From positions 1,088,001 to 1,152,000 of the forward strand of contig OZ244065.1 in the NCBI GenBank assembly GCA_965215505.1: a stretch of 64,000 nt of DNA, read 5' to 3'. This document shows positions 37,344-46,999 of the stretch, piece after piece. The number at the start of each line of letters is the position of its first letter. Within the stretch, counting starts at the first letter, position 1. The position numbers and the translations under genes are program-made. The stretch comes from Capsulimonadaceae bacterium. Its GTDB lineage: Bacteria; Armatimonadota; Armatimonadia; Armatimonadales; Capsulimonadaceae. The notes beneath the pieces are model-generated. The model was not told the origin of the DNA. It saw only the letters and a program-made list of their open reading frames with translations, and did not search any database.

Positions 37344-38312
37344 TCAATAGCCCTCGGCCTTGTCCACGACGTTGACGAGGGGCTGGCCGGCGAGGTAGCG
37401 GGCGAGGTTGTCGAGGAAGATGGCGTCGGCGCGGGCGCTGTAGTCGGGGCGGCTGCCGCTGTAGTGGGGGGTGAGGTAGACGTTCTCGGTGGTCCAGAGG
37501 GGGTGGCCGGGGGGAAGAGGCTCGGGGTCGGTGACGTCGAGCAGAGCAGCCCCGAGGTGGCCGGAGCGGAGGGAGGCGAGGAGGGCGTCGGTGTCCACGG
37601 TCTTCCCGCGCCCGGTGTTGATGAGGATGGCGGCGGGCGGCATGGCCGCGAACTCGGCGGGGCCGAGGAAGCCGCGCGTAGCGGCGGTGAGGGGGAGGGT
37701 GTTCATGACGACGTCGCATTCGGCGAGGAAGGCGAGGCGGTCGGCGGGGGTGTACATGCGGTCCACATCGGGGTGCGGGCCGCCATTGCGGCGCAGGCCG
37801 ACGACGCGCATGTCGAAGGCCTTGCCGACGCGGGCGCTGTGCCCGCCGATGGCCCCGACGCCCAGGACGCCGAGGGTCTTGCCGGAGAGAAGGCCGACCT
37901 TATCCCCCAGCCCGTCGCCGTTCCACTGGCCGGTCTTCTGGCGGTCCCAGGCTTGGGCGAGGCGGCGGGTGACCATCAGGAGCATGCCGAACATGTGCTC
38001 CGTGATGGGGGCGGCCCCGACGCCGCGCGCGTTGGTGAGGGTGAGGCTGTCCGATTGGACGTGGGGGACCAGCCCCTCGACGCCCGCGCCGCCGGTCTGG
38101 AGCCAGCGCAGGCGGGGCATCCGCGCGAGTTGGTCTGCGTTCAGCCAGCCGTAGGCGATCTCAATTTGGCCCATCAGGTCCGGGTTCTGGTCGGCCTGAG
38201 CGGGCGTGATGATCTCGATGCGGTCGCTGACGGCCCGTATTTGGTCGTGGAGGGCGGGGCTGTCGTCGGCGATGAAGGCTCTAAGGGGGGAGGAACTGGC
38301 TAGGTCGGGCAT
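37344..38312 (-). CDS. D-2-hydroxyacid dehydrogenase family protein
   Basis: GVGAIG, INTGRG, LDVTDPEPLP and TPH. Confidence 0.92.
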   Translation of the reverse strand: MPDLASSSPLRAFIADDSPALHDQIRAVSDRIEIITPAQADQNPDLMGQIEIAYGWLNADQLARMPRLRWLQTGGAGVEGLVPHVQSDSLTLTNARGVGAAPITEHMFGMLLMVTRRLAQAWDRQKTGQWNGDGLGDKVGLLSGKTLGVLGVGAIGGHSARVGKAFDMRVVGLRRNGGPHPDVDRMYTPADRLAFLAECDVVMNTLPLTAATRGFLGPAEFAAMPPAAILINTGRGKTVDTDALLASLRSGHLGAALLDVTDPEPLPPGHPLWTTENVYLTPHYSGSRPDYSARADAIFLDNLARYLAGQPLVNVVDKAEGY

Positions 38313-38418
38313 GGTGTCTCCTGGGCGGGTGAGGGATAGGGTGGGCCGCCCCCACCCCCAGCCCCTCCCCCGCAAGCGGAAGAGGGGGGCATGAAGGGGA
38401 GGGGGCGGCCCTTGAAGG

Positions 38419-38443
38419 AGGGCGCGGCAAGCGGCGCCCCTAG
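38419..38443 (-). repeat. REP copy (CTAG variant)
   Basis: AGGGCGCGGCAAGCGGCGCCCCTAG, near-identical to 53574-53598. Confidence 0.7.
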
Positions 38444-38467
38444 GGTTCTGTGTCGGCGCGGGGCGCT

Positions 38468-41400
38468 TCAGGAAGGGCGTTCGACGGCGTGGACGAGAAT
38501 CCCTTCCGGGGCGGCCTGTTGGTCCTTGGTCTGTGGGCGGTGGTAGACGTGAGCGCCGCCGCTCGTCCCGTTTTCGTCGCGGCCCGTCCCGTCCCGGTCG
38601 TCTTGCTTGTCCCCCTTCTTTTTGTCGTCCTCCTTGCTGTCGTCCTTCTCGAACCAGGCGTAGAGGGTGGGCAGGACGAACAGGGTCAGGAACGTGGACG
38701 TGATCAGGCCGCCGATGACGACAGTGGCGAGGGGCTGCTGCACTTCGGCCCCCATGCCCCTGGAGACGGCCATTGGGATGAAGCCGATGGCGGCGACGGT
38801 GCCGGTCATCAGGACGGGGCGCAGGCGCTCTTTGGCACCTTCCAGGGTGGCATCCTCGACGGATTTGCCCTGTTCGCGGAGGTGGTTGATGAAGGTCAGG
38901 AGGACGATGCCGTTCAGCAGCGCGATGCCGCCGAGTGCGATGAAGCCGACGGCGGCGGTCATGGAGAACTGCATGTGCCGCAGGGAGAGGGCGAGGATGC
39001 CGCCGCTGATGGCGAGCGGGATGCCGGTGAAGATCATCAGGGCCTGCCGCAGCCTGCCGAAGACGATCAGCAGCAGACCAAGAATGGCGGCCAGGGCGAT
39101 GGGAATGACGGTCAGCAGGCGGGCGCGGCCGGATTTGAGGCTTTCATAGTCCCCGGCGTATTCCAGGGTATAGCCGGGCGGCAGATTCACCTGGGACTGG
39201 ATCTTCTGCTGGGCCTCCTGGACGAAGGAGCCGAGGTCGCTGCCCCGGACATTGGCCGTGACGGTGATGCGGCGCTTCTCATTCTCGCGGCTGATCTGAA
39301 CGGGACCGTCCACAGTGCGAATGCTCGCGACTTCGGAGAGCGGCACTTGCAGGCCGTTCGGGCCGGGGACCAGGACGTGCCCGATGCGGGTAGGGTCGCT
39401 GCGGTAAACCTCGGCCAGCCGGACGGTGACGTCAATCTGGACATTGCCGTCCGTCACGGTCGTCACCGTCCGGGGGCCGATGGCCGAGTCAATGACCGCA
39501 TTGACATCCGCGATGCTGATGCCGTAGCGGGCCAGAGCGGTCCGGTTGACGGCGACGACCAGTTGGGGCAGGCCATTGGTGGTCTCGGCCTTGACATCGG
39601 CGGCCCCCTTGATGCCTTGGAGGACCTGCACGATAGAGGCCGCCTGTTGGCGCAGGGTCTCCATGTCCGTGCCCAATATCTTGATGCCGACATCGGCCCG
39701 GTCGCCCTGGCCGTAGATCATCTCATCCATGCGCGTCTGGATGGGCTGGGAGTAGCTGGACTCGAAGCCGGGCAGCTCGTCCACGACCTTGGTGATCTTG
39801 GTGGTCAGCTCCTTCTGGTCTTTGGCCTGTGTCCAGGCGGACTCGGGGCGCAGGGCGATCAGGACATCGCACTGGGATTGGAGCATCGGGTCGGTCGGGA
39901 TCTGGGGGCGGCCGATGCGGGTCAGGACGTGGCTGATCTCATGCGGGAAGTGCTGCATCAAGACCTTTTCCAGAAGGGTGGAGCGGTCCACCATTTCGGG
40001 AACGGACGTTGCCGGGTCGTAATAAGCCGAAATGTCTATGGCGTTCTCTTGAAGCTGGGGCGCGAACTGGCTGCCCAGATGCAGGCCGAAGAAGACCGAG
40101 ACGGCGAGGAAGGCCAGGGCACCGCCGACGGTGACCCACCGGTGTTCGACGGCCCGCTTGACGCCCTTGGCATAGCGGTCGGTCAGCCAAAGCAGGGGCT
40201 TGTTCGGCTTCTGCTGGCCCCCTTTCAGGAAGAAGGCGCACAGGGCGGGAATGAGTGTCAGGGAGAGCAGGAGCGACCCGAACAGGGCGAACATGACCGT
40301 GACGGCCATCGGCTTGAACAGCTTGCCTTCAATGCCGGAGAGGGTCAGGACTGGCGTATAGGTCGCCAGGATGATGAGGATGCCGAAGACGCTCGGCGTC
40401 AGCACCTCGACGGCGCTCCTGCGGATGATCTCGTGCCGGTCCTCGTCGGACAGGTCCCCTTCCCCGTCTTTCCCCTCCCCCTCCTTTCCCTCACTGTCTT
40501 TGTGCTGCTGCGCGAGGTTGCGGACGGAGTTCTCGACGATGATGACGGCTCCGTCCACGACCATGCCGAAGTCGATGGCACCGAGGCTCATCAGGTTGGC
40601 GGAGATGCCCAGGGCGCTCATGCCGATGAGGGCGACCATCATGGACAGGGGAATGATGGCGCTGACGATCAGGCCCGCCCGGAGCTGGAGCAGGAACAGA
40701 AACAGGATGACGATGACCAGCGCGCCGCCTTCGACGAGGTTATGGACGACGGTCCGCAGGGTCTCGCGGATCAAGGTGGTGCGGTCGAACTCGTACTCGA
40801 AATGCGCGCCGGGGGGCAGGTCTTTGGCAAGGGCGGCGAACTTGGCTTTTACGGCCGTCATGGTGGTGCGCGTATCGGCCCCCATTCGCAGCAGGGGCAG
40901 GATGACGACGGTCTCGCCCGACCCGTCCTGGGTGGCCGTTCCCTGGATGGGGGCCGCGCCCTCCTGAACGTCGGCGACCTGAGACAGCAGGACGGGGGTG
41001 CCGGCGCGCGAGGAGACGACGGTCTGGCGGACATCGTCCAGGGACTGTACCAGGCCGACGCCCCGGACGATGCTCTGGGTCGGCCCCGAGGTGAGAAACG
41101 AGCCGCCGATGTTGGCATTGTTATTGGACAGGGCGGTGTCCACATCGGCGATGCTCAGGCCGTGCGCGGCCAGCTTCTGGGCGTCCACGGACACCTGCCA
41201 CTGGCGGGTCCGTCCGCCGATGACATTGACATCGGCGATGCCCGGCACGGTCAGAAGCTGCGGGCGGGCGGTCCAGTCCATGAAGGTCCGCTGCTCCAGG
41301 GGCGTCATGGGACCGCCCACCAGACGCACATGCACGATCTCGCCCAGGCCGGTGCTGACCGGGTTCATCTGGGCGTTCACCCCGGCGGGGAGCTGGCTCT

Positions 41401-41752
41401 GCGCCTGCATCAGCCTCTCGTTGACCAGCTCGCGGGCCTGATAGATGTCTATCTTCTCATCGAAGTAGCAGGTCACCTGGGACAAGCCGAACTGCGAGAT
41501 GCTTTCGGTATGGTCCAGGTCCTTCATGCCCGCCAGGGCGATCTCCAGGGGGAAGGTGACGCGCGTTTCCAGCTCCTCGGGGCCGTAGGCGGGGGCTAGG
41601 GCGCTGACCACGACCTGGGTGTTGGTGACATCCGGTTCGTTGTCAATGTTGAGCTGGGTCGCGCGCCAGACCCCAAGCCCGAGGAGGAACACGGCGAAGA
41701 TGACGACGGCGACCCGCTGCTTGACGGCGAACTGTACGATGGCATTGATCAT
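38468..41752 (-). CDS. CusA/CzcA family heavy-metal efflux RND permease
   Basis: NLMSLGAIDFGMVVDGAVIIVEN, RLRPVLMT and GAEVQQPLATVVIGG. Confidence 0.93.
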   Translation of the reverse strand: MINAIVQFAVKQRVAVVIFAVFLLGLGVWRATQLNIDNEPDVTNTQVVVSALAPAYGPEELETRVTFPLEIALAGMKDLDHTESISQFGLSQVTCYFDEKIDIYQARELVNERLMQAQSQLPAGVNAQMNPVSTGLGEIVHVRLVGGPMTPLEQRTFMDWTARPQLLTVPGIADVNVIGGRTRQWQVSVDAQKLAAHGLSIADVDTALSNNNANIGGSFLTSGPTQSIVRGVGLVQSLDDVRQTVVSSRAGTPVLLSQVADVQEGAAPIQGTATQDGSGETVVILPLLRMGADTRTTMTAVKAKFAALAKDLPPGAHFEYEFDRTTLIRETLRTVVHNLVEGGALVIVILFLFLLQLRAGLIVSAIIPLSMMVALIGMSALGISANLMSLGAIDFGMVVDGAVIIVENSVRNLAQQHKDSEGKEGEGKDGEGDLSDEDRHEIIRRSAVEVLTPSVFGILIILATYTPVLTLSGIEGKLFKPMAVTVMFALFGSLLLSLTLIPALCAFFLKGGQQKPNKPLLWLTDRYAKGVKRAVEHRWVTVGGALAFLAVSVFFGLHLGSQFAPQLQENAIDISAYYDPATSVPEMVDRSTLLEKVLMQHFPHEISHVLTRIGRPQIPTDPMLQSQCDVLIALRPESAWTQAKDQKELTTKITKVVDELPGFESSYSQPIQTRMDEMIYGQGDRADVGIKILGTDMETLRQQAASIVQVLQGIKGAADVKAETTNGLPQLVVAVNRTALARYGISIADVNAVIDSAIGPRTVTTVTDGNVQIDVTVRLAEVYRSDPTRIGHVLVPGPNGLQVPLSEVASIRTVDGPVQISRENEKRRITVTANVRGSDLGSFVQEAQQKIQSQVNLPPGYTLEYAGDYESLKSGRARLLTVIPIALAAILGLLLIVFGRLRQALMIFTGIPLAISGGILALSLRHMQFSMTAAVGFIALGGIALLNGIVLLTFINHLREQGKSVEDATLEGAKERLRPVLMTGTVAAIGFIPMAVSRGMGAEVQQPLATVVIGGLITSTFLTLFVLPTLYAWFEKDDSKEDDKKKGDKQDDRDGTGRDENGTSGGAHVYHRPQTKDQQAAPEGILVHAVERPS

Positions 41753-41759
41753 AGATTAG

Positions 41760-43292
41760 TTAGCCTCCGGCGGTCTTGCCAAGCTCCGATTTCAGGAGAA
41801 AGGCGTTCTTGGTGACGACCGCCTGACCGTCCCTCAGCCCCGACGTGATCTGGGTGAGGCCGTCCACGGTCTCGCCGGGCTTGACGGGCTGGGCGATATA
41901 GACGCCGGGTTTGCCGCCCGGCGTGAAGACGGCGGGGCCGGCATCGAGCGCCTGCACGGCTTCCTGCGGCACGGCGACGACATTAGCGCGGGCGGCACCG
42001 TAGATGGTTCCGCCGATGTAGGCACCGGGGCGCAGGGCACCGTCGGGGTTTTGGATGAGGCAGTAGACCGGGACGGTGCGGGTGGTGGTGTCCAGGGCCG
42101 CGCCGACCGTGGAGACGACGCCCCGGTAGTTGCGGCCCGGCGCGGTGTTCGAGACGATCAGGACGAGCAGGCCGACACGCAGGTGGGAGGCATCCTCCTG
42201 GTAGACATTAAGCTGGACCACGACGGTGCGCGCGTTCAGGACGGTCAGCAGCGGCTTGTCCGGCGTCACCGTCTCGCCCTGCGAGACCATGCGGGCGCTG
42301 ACCCGTCCCGCAATCGGGGAGGTAACGGTCAGCAGACCGCCCTGGGGGGAAGCCTCGTCAATGGGTGATCCCCCAAGAAGCTCGACCTGCTTGGCGGCGG
42401 CTTCCACTTCATGGGCGGCGAGCTGATAGGCCTGCCGGGCGGGGGTCACCTGTTCGGCGGTGAGCAGGCCGCCGTTATAGACCGATGTCTGCCGGGCCAA
42501 CTCGCGCCCGGCGGTCTGTCCGCGCTTCTGGGCGTTAAGCTGCCGGTCCGCGGCGGCTTGCAGGCCGGTCCGCGCCTGCGCTAATGCGGCCTGGGCTTGC
42601 TGGGCGTTCGCCTCCGCCTGCTCCAGATCCTGGCGAGAGACAAGCTGCGCTTGAGAGAGAAGCTGGGCGCGGGCATACTGCTTCTGAGTCAGATTCACCT
42701 GGGCCTCGGCGGACACGACCTGGGCCTGCTGGACGTTTACGGCATCTTTATCAGCTTGAATCTCGCCCTGGGACGACTGGAAGTTGACGCGGGCGGTGAC
42801 CAAAGCCGGCCGCCCATAGACGCCCAGCCCGCCCAATCTCAATGTCCGGGACAGGGTGGAGGCCGCCGCCGCGCGCCGCAGGAGGGCATCATGGTATGTC
42901 GCCTGCGCCTGGTCCAGCTCGACGCTGGAAACGACGGCCAGGGCCTGACCGGCCTCGACGGACTGGCCGACATTGACGGGGATGCTTACGATCTTGCCGG
43001 CCAGCCGCGAGGTGACCTGGGCCATGCCGTTGAGGTTCGGGGCGACTGTCCCGAGGGCGGAGAGCCGGGTCGCCAGCGTCGTCGTCCGGGCGGTCCCCGT
43101 TTGAAGCTGGGCGTACTGGAGCTGCTGCGGGTCCAGTGTCACGGTCGGCGGGCCGGGCGGCGGCGCGGGCGGCTTGGGCGCGGCGGCGGCCTTGTCGCCC
43201 TTCGCGCTGCCGTGTCCGGCCAGGTAACCGCCGCCGGCGGCCAGCAGCAGGAACAATGTGGCTCCGAGTATTCTGGGCCAAGGTCGGCTCAT
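41760..43292 (-). CDS. RND periplasmic adaptor (CzcB-like) with an extended coiled coil
   Basis: SRLAGKI, SPIAGRV, TTRTVPV and LRPG. Confidence 0.88.
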   Translation of the reverse strand: MSRPWPRILGATLFLLLAAGGGYLAGHGSAKGDKAAAAPKPPAPPPGPPTVTLDPQQLQYAQLQTGTARTTTLATRLSALGTVAPNLNGMAQVTSRLAGKIVSIPVNVGQSVEAGQALAVVSSVELDQAQATYHDALLRRAAAASTLSRTLRLGGLGVYGRPALVTARVNFQSSQGEIQADKDAVNVQQAQVVSAEAQVNLTQKQYARAQLLSQAQLVSRQDLEQAEANAQQAQAALAQARTGLQAAADRQLNAQKRGQTAGRELARQTSVYNGGLLTAEQVTPARQAYQLAAHEVEAAAKQVELLGGSPIDEASPQGGLLTVTSPIAGRVSARMVSQGETVTPDKPLLTVLNARTVVVQLNVYQEDASHLRVGLLVLIVSNTAPGRNYRGVVSTVGAALDTTTRTVPVYCLIQNPDGALRPGAYIGGTIYGAARANVVAVPQEAVQALDAGPAVFTPGGKPGVYIAQPVKPGETVDGLTQITSGLRDGQAVVTKNAFLLKSELGKTAGG

Positions 43293-44923
43293 TTTTGTGT
43301 CAGATCCTTCCCGAGTTCGGTCAGCAGGACGGGCGGGACCGCCCCGACGGCGCGGTCGAAGTCGGCCCGCGCTTGGGCCGCCTGGGCCTGCGCGTCCAGC
43401 CGCTCGGCGGCGACGGCTTGATAGGTCCTTTGGGCGTCCAATACGGAGATGATCGTCGTTGCCCCTTCGCGGAAGCCGAACAGGGCGGCGTCCAGCACGG
43501 CGCGCGCATTTTCCAGCAGCCCGCCGTCGTATTCCCGCAGGGCATCCTGGGCCGCGCCCAGGCGCACGGCAGCCTGGGCGGCTTCGAGCCGGACTTGCGC
43601 CTGGGTGCCGATGACGCGCGACTGGTCCGCGTCCGCCGTCTGCTCGTCCGCGCGGATCTGGTTACGGCGCGTTCCATAGTCCAAAGGCACGGTGATGACG
43701 ACGCCTAACCCGGCATCCATGTAGGTCGGAGTGATCTGGCTGATGCGGAACTCGGGGGCGATGTCCGGCCGCCCCTGCGCGCGTCCCAGCCTGGCCCGCG
43801 CCGAGGGAATGTCGCGTGTCGCCTCGGCGACGGCGACCTCGGCGCGTGACCGGAGCGCCAGACGCTCGGCGGCGGCGATGTCCGGCGGCATCGGGGCCGC
43901 GCCCGCGTCCGTCCCGAGGGCGGCATCAATCGGGTCCAGCGGGGCACGTCCGAGATAGGCGTTGAGGTTGGCGCGGGCCGCCTGCTCCTCGCCGGCCGCC
44001 TGAGCCTCCAGAGTGCGCGCCCGCGCCGCCTCGACGGCCGTCTGCCGCCGCTCGATGCCGGGCCGCGCGCCGAGGGCGACCTGCTTGCGGGCGATCTCGT
44101 CGAACTGCCCGGCGATCTCCCGCCCTTCCCGCGCCAGGCGCAGCCGCTCCTGGGCACGGGCCAGAGCATAGACATCGGTCCGGGCCGTGTACACCAATGC
44201 CTGGAGCTGGACGACTGCCTGGGCCTGGGAAAGACGGAGCTGGGCGCGGGCGACATTGGTGCGCGCCCCGCGCGTCCCATTCAGTTCCAGCGGCTGCTCG
44301 AACAGAAACCCGTCCGTTGTCCCGCCGGTCTGGAGGGCGGGGCCGATGGTGAAGACGGGCGGCGAGAGGGCGGCGGCGGACCGGACGCCGGACCGGGCCG
44401 CGAGTACGTCCTTCAGGGCGGCCAGCACACCGAGATTTTTCCGAACGATGCGCTCGACTGCCCCGTCCGCCGTCAGGGCCAGGGGCGTCGCGCCCGGCGT
44501 CACCGGCGCGAAGGTAGCAGGCGGCGCGGCGGGGAGCGTCTGGGCCAGGGCCGGCGGGGCCATGTTCGGGGCGGGCGGCAGCGCGAGCGCTCCGGGAACG
44601 GCGGTCGGTACGGGCGGTGAGACAGGAACGGCCGCATTGGGCGCGACGCCGGGCGTGTTCGTACCCGGCATGGCACCCGGCGCATTCGTGGCGGGGCTGG
44701 CAGGCGGCGCGGGGACGCCGACGGCGCTGGAGCCGGGCGTCGGCGGCGTCGCGGCGGCGTCAGACGTGGTGGGTGCATCGCCGCCGGGGGAAGCAGCCGC
44801 CCCCCCCGGCAGGATGGTGCCCGCAGAGCGGGGCGTCGCCGAAGGGCCTGCGGTCTGTGCCTGGGCGCTCGCCGCGAGCAGAAGGAATAGGGCTAAAGGC
44901 GCGGGGCGCAAAATCGTGACCAT
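43289..44923 (-). CDS. TolC/CzcC family outer membrane efflux protein
   Basis: EQPLEL.G.R.AR and VLDAQR; signal peptide plus long Pro/Ala-rich N-terminus. Confidence 0.85.
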   Translation of the reverse strand: MVTILRPAPLALFLLLAASAQAQTAGPSATPRSAGTILPGGAAASPGGDAPTTSDAAATPPTPGSSAVGVPAPPASPATNAPGAMPGTNTPGVAPNAAVPVSPPVPTAVPGALALPPAPNMAPPALAQTLPAAPPATFAPVTPGATPLALTADGAVERIVRKNLGVLAALKDVLAARSGVRSAAALSPPVFTIGPALQTGGTTDGFLFEQPLELNGTRGARTNVARAQLRLSQAQAVVQLQALVYTARTDVYALARAQERLRLAREGREIAGQFDEIARKQVALGARPGIERRQTAVEAARARTLEAQAAGEEQAARANLNAYLGRAPLDPIDAALGTDAGAAPMPPDIAAAERLALRSRAEVAVAEATRDIPSARARLGRAQGRPDIAPEFRISQITPTYMDAGLGVVITVPLDYGTRRNQIRADEQTADADQSRVIGTQAQVRLEAAQAAVRLGAAQDALREYDGGLLENARAVLDAALFGFREGATTIISVLDAQRTYQAVAAERLDAQAQAAQARADFDRAVGAVPPVLLTELGKDLTQK

Positions 44924-45113
44924 CGTTTCTGACCAAGCGAAAAAGAATCAGGGGTGCTGACGTTTCCAGCGGGAATTTCTACCCCACCTCGGTGGACCTC
45001 AAACGCAGGCTGAAGTTAGCACCGGCAGTTGCCGAATGTAGGAAAGTGCCGTATAATGGAACACGGCGTCCGCGCCGCCTGTTCATCCCCCGCAAGAAAG
45101 AGGCCCCTCGCAT

Positions 45114-45353
45114 ATGGATTGGAAGAAGCATCTGATGACAAGCACCGAAGTCTGGACCGGCGTGTGCCTGACTCTGGCCGGCGTGATCGCGCTGGGCTTG
45201 GGCCTGCACGGCGTTCTCGTGCAGGCGCTCATGCCGTTCGGCATCGGCCTGGCCCTCAGCGACGTGCTGACCAAGGCCGCGAAGGACGCCCGCGAGCGCA
45301 GCAAAGTCCGCGTCCGGCGTGATGACGACCGCGATCAGACTACGAACTTTTAG
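45114..45353 (+). CDS. Small membrane protein
   Basis: Two hydrophobic segments; GAGG RBS; TATAAT upstream. Confidence 0.6.
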   Translation: MDWKKHLMTSTEVWTGVCLTLAGVIALGLGLHGVLVQALMPFGIGLALSDVLTKAAKDARERSKVRVRRDDDRDQTTNF

Positions 45354-45383
45354 GCCACGAACTTTCAGGAATCAGCGTCCCTT

Positions 45384-45992
45384 ATGCCCACACCTCGCCG
45401 CCTGGTCGTCGCCGTCACCGGCGCGAGCGGCGCGCTCTATGCCGTCCGCTTTCTGCGCCAGGCCGCGCGCCACTATGACGAGATCTACGTCATGCTCTCC
45501 GACAACGCCCCCGGCGTGTTCGCCACCGAGACGGGGGGGACGCTGACGCGGCCCTACTCGGCCCAGGACTATCTGGGCGATGACGCGGCCTACGACAACA
45601 TCCGCTTCCTGAACACCAAGGACTACTACACGCCCCCCGCCTCCGGCTCGTTCGTCCACGAGGGCATGGTCATCATTCCGTGTTCGATGGGGACGCTGGG
45701 CCGGATCGCCAACGGCATCTCCAACGACCTGACCACGCGGGCCGCCGACGTCTGCCTGAAGGAGCGGCGCAAGCTGATATTGGTGGCCCGCGACACGCCG
45801 CTGAACCTCATCCACCTCCGCAACATGGTGGCGGTGACCGAGGCGGGCGCGGTCGTCCTGCCCGCCGTCCCGGCCTTCTACCACCAGCCCAAGACCGTGG
45901 AGGACCTGGTGGACACGGTGGTCGCCCGCGTCCTTCAAAACCTCGGCGTGCATCAGGACCTCCAGCCGCAGTGGGCGGTGGACGGCGAGTAA
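45384..45992 (+). CDS. ubiX: Flavin prenyltransferase
   Basis: VTGASG, ASGS, PCSMGTL, RAADVCLKERR and PAFY. Confidence 0.93.
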   Translation: MPTPRRLVVAVTGASGALYAVRFLRQAARHYDEIYVMLSDNAPGVFATETGGTLTRPYSAQDYLGDDAAYDNIRFLNTKDYYTPPASGSFVHEGMVIIPCSMGTLGRIANGISNDLTTRAADVCLKERRKLILVARDTPLNLIHLRNMVAVTEAGAVVLPAVPAFYHQPKTVEDLVDTVVARVLQNLGVHQDLQPQWAVDGE

Positions 45993-46019
45993 TTCCTTTG
46001 TTCATGCTATAATAGCGGC

Positions 46020-46418
46020 ATGAAAACGATGACCCCTTTGCTGCCGCTCGCCGAGTGGACGCGAATCATGTATTCCCTGGAAGAAGATGTCACGCGCTGG
46101 TCTGAGGAGCGGGGCTGGCAAGTCCAGACCACAAAGGCCGGCTTCATGGAGGATTATCCGCGCGAGTTCGTGCCGCGCACCCTCACCATCCAGACGCCGC
46201 ATGGCCGCTTGATGCTGGAAACGCCGCCGCATGAGTCGGACGGGCGAGGACGAGCCAAGCTCTATGCGTGGCCTACTCTTTACCGCGTCTGGCTCCGGCA
46301 CAGCGAGCGGCATGGCGGCTGGGAGATATGGACGGACTCGGGCATCCCCATCCACCAGGATTGGAACAAGGAGACATTCAGCACCCTCGCCACTGATCTG
46401 CTGAACGCGGATGAGTAA
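46020..46418 (+). CDS. Hypothetical protein (leaderless), partner of the HEPN gene
   Basis: TGcTATAAT-6nt-ATG; overlaps the downstream gene by 8 nt. Confidence 0.7.
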   Translation: MKTMTPLLPLAEWTRIMYSLEEDVTRWSEERGWQVQTTKAGFMEDYPREFVPRTLTIQTPHGRLMLETPPHESDGRGRAKLYAWPTLYRVWLRHSERHGGWEIWTDSGIPIHQDWNKETFSTLATDLLNADE

Positions 46419-46854
46419 AATCTACAGCCGCATCTTGGAGCAGGTGCATCAGGAATTCGCCGCCGCGCGTGACGCACTCGCCTATGTGGAGCAGAACTGG
46501 TGGAGGCAAAACATTTTCCTGGACATGCCAGCCAGCGGCCTGCCAGATGTGATGCGGGCCACTCGCCAGCAGGAAGCGGTGTATTTCATCCGGCTGTTCA
46601 GCACGTTCGAGGCTGTCCTAAAAGAACATCTGGCGCAGCATCATCCCGGCATCAGTGTTCCCGAGGAAGCCCGCGCGGTCTGGCTGATAGACCGCGTCGC
46701 CCAGCGGCAGGCCCCGCCGGTCACGGCGGCGCTGAGGAGCCGGGTGCATGATGTTCGCCGCCACCGCAACCACCTGACTCACCTCGACGATAGGCCCTTG
46801 TTCCCAATCCCATTCACCCTTGCATTGGCGCGGTTGAACAAGTTCGTGGACTAA
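46411..46854 (+). CDS. HEPN-like protein
   Basis: Helical; upstream FE..L and RNHLTH (RxxxxH) motif. Confidence 0.62.
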   Translation: MSKIYSRILEQVHQEFAAARDALAYVEQNWWRQNIFLDMPASGLPDVMRATRQQEAVYFIRLFSTFEAVLKEHLAQHHPGISVPEEARAVWLIDRVAQRQAPPVTAALRSRVHDVRRHRNHLTHLDDRPLFPIPFTLALARLNKFVD

Positions 46855-46999
46855 GTAGTAGGGCTGAAATAGGTTATATTTAGAAAGTCCCGCCTGTTGA
46901 ACACGTTTCTTCTAAAAAGGCGAATTTTTGCTCTCGTGATAATGTAAACCTAATGTCGTCCATGTACTTATCTGCCGGAGCCTCGCTAGACAACTCCCT

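Noticed and set aside
38450-41599. 1049-aa plus-strand ORF and similar long antisense ORFs (e.g. 54663-56495, 59785-61323)
   Set aside because: Shadow ORFs of real high-GC genes on the opposite strand
44924-45050. Metal riboswitch or MerR-type operator upstream of the czc-like operon
   Set aside because: No match to the NiCo consensus that I can support; only an imperfect ACCTCA-N9-TGAAGT dyad with poor promoter hexamers
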